A stretch of DNA of 30,935 nt from positions 1-30,935 of the IMG/VR virus record IMGVR_UViG_2690316316_000011. One strand, given 5' to 3'. Every line of letters begins with the position of its first letter. Within the stretch, counting starts at the first letter, position 1. This DNA is from a virus (Duplodnaviria; Heunggongvirae; Uroviricota; Caudoviricetes). The notes beneath the pieces were generated by a model, which saw nothing but the letters and a program-made list of their open reading frames with translations, was not told the DNA's origin and ran no database searches. Shown here piece by piece: positions 27,674-30,935 of this stretch. Position numbers and translations under genes: made by a program.

Positions 27674-28120
27674 CTACCATAGACGATCTGAAGGATGGGC
27701 GATTGTATTGTACTTATTGACAGCTTTGAAACTGATTATAGAAACGTCTGCTGCGAGTATAACCCAACCAACAAGAGGAATAGTCCTGCCAACGAATGTA
27801 CCTAATCGCTGTGTCATAACTCGTTTGGCATTAGGTGGAAATCCAATCCAAGTGGGCATTCGTACTGGCATCATTCGCCCTCTGAATAATTTTCTGGAAT
27901 AGATTGATGCCACGGATGTTCCGGGGGTTGCCCCTGCGAGTTTACCTGCTACTGTGACACTATTCGAACCAAGATAGATCCCTGCTACTGCGGCTATGTC
28001 TGAGATACCAAAGTGATCTAATGTTTCATCAACCATGATCCAGAAGAATAGCTCCCCTGCACTCAGATTGGACGAACCGTCATAGAAGTATGTTCCGTTA
28101 AGTTCTTCTACTGTATCCAT
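27674..28120 (-). CDS. hydrophobic glycine-zipper-like protein, unknown (first gene of hcp operon)
   Basis: 148-aa ORF with Gly/Ala-rich hydrophobic stretches (ISDIAAVAGIYLGSNSVTVAGKLAGATPG; GRTIPLVGWVILAADVSIISF). Confidence 0.4.
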   Translation of the reverse strand: MDTVEELNGTYFYDGSSNLSAGELFFWIMVDETLDHFGISDIAAVAGIYLGSNSVTVAGKLAGATPGTSVASIYSRKLFRGRMMPVRMPTWIGFPPNAKRVMTQRLGTFVGRTIPLVGWVILAADVSIISFKAVNKYNTIAHPSDRLW

Positions 28121-28267
28121 CAGTAATCCCTACTTTTGTGTAGAATTCCCCATAATACTATCAAGTTGGACATAGATGGGAAATTAAACCCCATGAAATT
28201 TCTGATTTAAGTTTAGCGGTACTTAATCCTAAGTTAAGTTGTGATAATGATCACTCTCAACCAACAG

Positions 28268-28296
28268 TTACTAATTCATCCATAAAATGGTAGAAT
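28268..28296 (+). promoter_or_regulatory. candidate sigma70-type promoter
   Basis: TTACTA (-35) - 17 nt - TAGAAT (-10), ~35 nt upstream of the 28331 start codon. Confidence 0.35.
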
Positions 28297-28330
28297 GCCC
28301 TTAGAAATCCTTAATTGAAAGTTTAAACAA

Positions 28331-29044
28331 ATGAAATTTAAAAAATATAACAATGCTTTGATTTGCACTGTTCTTGTACTCTTATGGGCAGCAATCTTGG
28401 CACTGGTTAAAGTTTTATTTTCTGGGAATAAAGATTTTGAATGGGGTAGTGTCTCTGATTGGGCATCCACATTTTGCAATGCTATAATGGCTGGAGCTGC
28501 ATTATATGCAGCTATTAATGCAAAAAATTGGTTATCAGAGAAAACACGAACATTAGGTTTGGAAAAAGCCGAATCTATACTTAATGAAATCGATACTTTT
28601 TCTTCCGCCCATAGTTCTTATATAGATCGTTTAGCTGAAGCTGAAATCTACTATCGGTCTAATATTTTTGAAAATCAAGTAGACAGGAATATAGTAATAA
28701 ATTCACTTGATGAATTACGAGTGTTAATTGAAAACAACAAACTGAGATTGCAGGATACGCATTCAAAATTTTCATCATTAAAACGTTGGGATGTCACAAT
28801 TTTAAAGGAAGAGGAAATTTATCAGCTACTTGATGTTTATCAAAGAACAATTATGTCTTTATCGAATGCGACTTTTAATCTAAGAAATGCATTATCGGAA
28901 TTCATTAATGATGAAAGGTTTTTTGCACTCTTTGGCCATCATTTCAAAGAATATTATGCAGAGGCTCTTTCGTCCTATCATCAGGGGACATGTATCCATG
29001 ATAAAATTAGGAAATATAAATTCCGAGAACTTTTTGATGTATAG
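28331..29044 (+). CDS. N-terminally membrane-anchored helical protein, unknown function
   Basis: 237-aa ORF; two N-terminal hydrophobic helices (ALICTVLVLLWAAILALVKVLF; FCNAIMAGAALYAAINA) then a charged helical domain; AT-rich with no AGTACT copies. Confidence 0.4.
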   Translation: MKFKKYNNALICTVLVLLWAAILALVKVLFSGNKDFEWGSVSDWASTFCNAIMAGAALYAAINAKNWLSEKTRTLGLEKAESILNEIDTFSSAHSSYIDRLAEAEIYYRSNIFENQVDRNIVINSLDELRVLIENNKLRLQDTHSKFSSLKRWDVTILKEEEIYQLLDVYQRTIMSLSNATFNLRNALSEFINDERFFALFGHHFKEYYAEALSSYHQGTCIHDKIRKYKFRELFDV

Positions 29045-29681
29045 TTTATCGTAGTGCATAGGAATTATGTCGATACCGCATATGGTAACAGTTTCTGATA
29101 AACTCGGGCTTCTCATCTGAGTCTTTCATTAAGCACCGTTACATTAGTTATACTGTCATAACTCACTTAAGCAATAACATCTGTTAGCCGGAGGTTGTGC
29201 GTGCGGCGGCGGGACTGGCGGGTTACTAACTAATGCCTTGATGATAGTACTGATTTAGTAGTTTACCACAGTAAGGGCTTCAACAGCCCGATAACCCCAA
29301 CAAGGGAGTTTACGACCGCGTAGGTACTCACGAAGACTTTAGGCCACAGGCCGACCCAAAAACATTTTGAGTACTTCATTTGTCAGTACTGTTACCTGTC
29401 TGAGCGAGAGCGAGTAAGGGCTTTGGCGTTCTTTCGAGTACAGCGAGAAAAACGCAAAGTTACTAACCAATACTACGAGGAGTTCACGACGAGTAGTATT
29501 CGTGACGCAAGTCACAATTTCATTGAATACTGATAGAGAAAGAAATACATGGAATGAAATGGAATGGATTTCGTATCTCTATACTTAGTTGCCGTATTGA
29601 TGGTAAAACGCAGGTTTCAGGGGCTTTTTTTCCCGTATTACGGCATGGATGTATGCCGTTATATGCCGCAATAAGGCACAA

Positions 29682-30143
29682 TTAACGCAAGCTCTTTAAG
29701 TACTCGATCATGTCATCAATAAAGTTACCTTCTTTTTGTAGTTCTAATAGCTTACCTACCTCTTTATACGTTAGCGTTCTTTGTCCATATGCTGGTGCTG
29801 GTAGTGCGTCTGGGTGCTCCATCATATACTGCTCGATTTGTTTTGCTGCATCCGTGATCGCTGCCCCGTAGTACCTGATCATACGTTCTTTTACTTGTTT
29901 CTTATTCTGACTTACTTTAATAGCATTGATAGTACTGAATAGTAAATCATTTCGTATTTCATCTTCATTGCTCAATACTGTAAACACATCGTATACACTA
30001 ATCTTATCCCTCACATTCAGTTTAGCCACTGAATCCTTCATTATGTTTTTGATATCTTCACATGGGATATCTTTATATAGCTTGCACTGACTAATTAGTG
30101 CTTTTATTTTTCTGTTATCAAAACTTGAATAAGTTTTTGCCAT
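29682..30143 (-). CDS. hypothetical protein
   Basis: 153-aa ORF; no motif recognised. Confidence 0.35.
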   Translation of the reverse strand: MAKTYSSFDNRKIKALISQCKLYKDIPCEDIKNIMKDSVAKLNVRDKISVYDVFTVLSNEDEIRNDLLFSTINAIKVSQNKKQVKERMIRYYGAAITDAAKQIEQYMMEHPDALPAPAYGQRTLTYKEVGKLLELQKEGNFIDDMIEYLKSLR

Positions 30144-30208
30144 GATAAATACTCCTAAGATAGATGTTAATTTTGGCCTGTAGTATTTCCAGTACTCAGG
30201 CCTTTTTA

Positions 30209-30709
30209 TTATTGTGATTTGTGTAATAGTACCGCACTAAGTTTCGGATAAGATTTATACTTCTGCGATAGCTTATAGATGTATGACTTACGTCCAGCAA
30301 CATAAGCTGCATGAGCTTCTTCTACCGTTTGGTATGTTCCAAATTTATGTACTTTCTTATCAAATGTAGCTTGTGCTTGATAGCCCTTATGATTAACGAC
30401 TACACCAGTTGATAAAGATGTTGGTACTTCCCGAAATAATTGATTGATTTCTCTCGGTACAAAGATACAGTTACTTGGGCTGTACTCACTCCCTCCTAAT
30501 ATGTCTTTATCCAAGTGCCAATCATCAACGACATTATCAATATACCAGTAATAAAAGTTACTAAAGAGATACCAATCATCGCAGATAGTAACAGTACTGT
30601 AATTGATGTTATTACGTACTCTTGAGTGAAAATTATTCCATACTAGTTGTGCTTCTTTTATACGTGGTAGTGCCTGACCTTTTAGGTCATTTCTTTTTTC
30701 CTTTTCCAT
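30209..30709 (-). CDS. HNH homing endonuclease with C-terminal AP2-like DNA-binding domain
   Basis: 166-aa ORF; HNH-like H..D......N....N segment (WHLDKDILGGSEYSPSNCIFVPREINQ) and AP2-like C-terminus (GVVVNHKGYQAQATFDKKVHKFGTYQTVEEAHAAYVAGRK). Confidence 0.55.
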   Translation of the reverse strand: MEKEKRNDLKGQALPRIKEAQLVWNNFHSRVRNNINYSTVTICDDWYLFSNFYYWYIDNVVDDWHLDKDILGGSEYSPSNCIFVPREINQLFREVPTSLSTGVVVNHKGYQAQATFDKKVHKFGTYQTVEEAHAAYVAGRKSYIYKLSQKYKSYPKLSAVLLHKSQ

Positions 30710-30785
30710 TTTTCATCCTTGAAAATAAGTACTTCACCCTGAAGTACTGCCAGTACTTTTCTAAAGTGAAAGTACCAAACCCTTA

Positions 30786-30935
30786 CTTGCTACCTAAAAT
30801 CGCATACTGATGTATCAGATACTGAATGGCTGAACTAATCGTAGTAGCCTTACCACATTCTATAAGTGATTTTAGTATTTCTTCTTGTGTAGGATTTAAT
30901 CTCACTCCAACACTAATCGTTTTCTTTTCTTTCAT
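30786..30935 (-). CDS. small DNA-binding protein (ribbon-helix-helix or HTH-like)
   Basis: 49-aa ORF read by hand from the reverse complement (MKEKKTISVGVRLNPTQEEILKSLIECGKATTISSAIQYLIHQYAILGSK); absent from the supplied track because it is below 60 aa. Begins at the window edge. Confidence 0.35.

Noticed and set aside
29117-29681. tRNA or tmRNA gene in the ORF-free region
   Set aside because: No canonical T-loop (GTTCGAATC-type) or acceptor or cloverleaf arrangement found by eye on either strand; left as an unclassified structured region.

Overview
This window reads as a tailed-phage (siphovirus-type) genome segment, AT-rich by eye. Coordinates 3769-23222 are a near-continuous minus-strand morphogenesis operon in lambda-like order: Nu1-like small terminase, gpA-like large terminase, lambda-type portal, a single ORF fusing HK97-type prohead protease, scaffold-like linker and major capsid protein, two small connector genes, a 911-aa fibre whose N-terminus is paralogous to the adjacent 167-aa major-tail candidate and whose C-terminus is an autoproteolytic chaperone domain, G/GT tail chaperones with a visible -1 frameshift site (A AAA AAG), tape measure, minor tail genes and a J-like tip protein. 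The left end (1-3731) holds a T4-lysozyme-like endolysin, small membrane proteins, an HNH-domain protein and a GIY-YIG-like gene. The right end (23.2-30.9 kb) is a mixed-orientation accessory region: a DUF3800-like gene with a TTG start, a lipoprotein, a LexA-box-preceded gene, polytopic membrane proteins, a three-gene operon ending in an Hcp (type VI secretion tube) homolog, a 560-bp ORF-free structured region, an HNH-AP2 homing endonuclease and a small DNA-binding protein. No rRNA, tRNA, CRISPR array, integrase or replication genes were recognised. The two observations I rate highest are (i) roughly eight- to nine-fold over-representation of the palindrome AGTACT across the core genome, with near-background density in five AT-rich segments that look like recent acquisitions, and (ii) the phage-borne Hcp operon. 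I cannot single out one undescribed system with certainty; the Hcp operon with its flanking membrane proteins and the DUF3800-like gene are the best candidates. All calls rest on motif reading and recalled family signatures; no searches were run and the AGTACT counts are manual.
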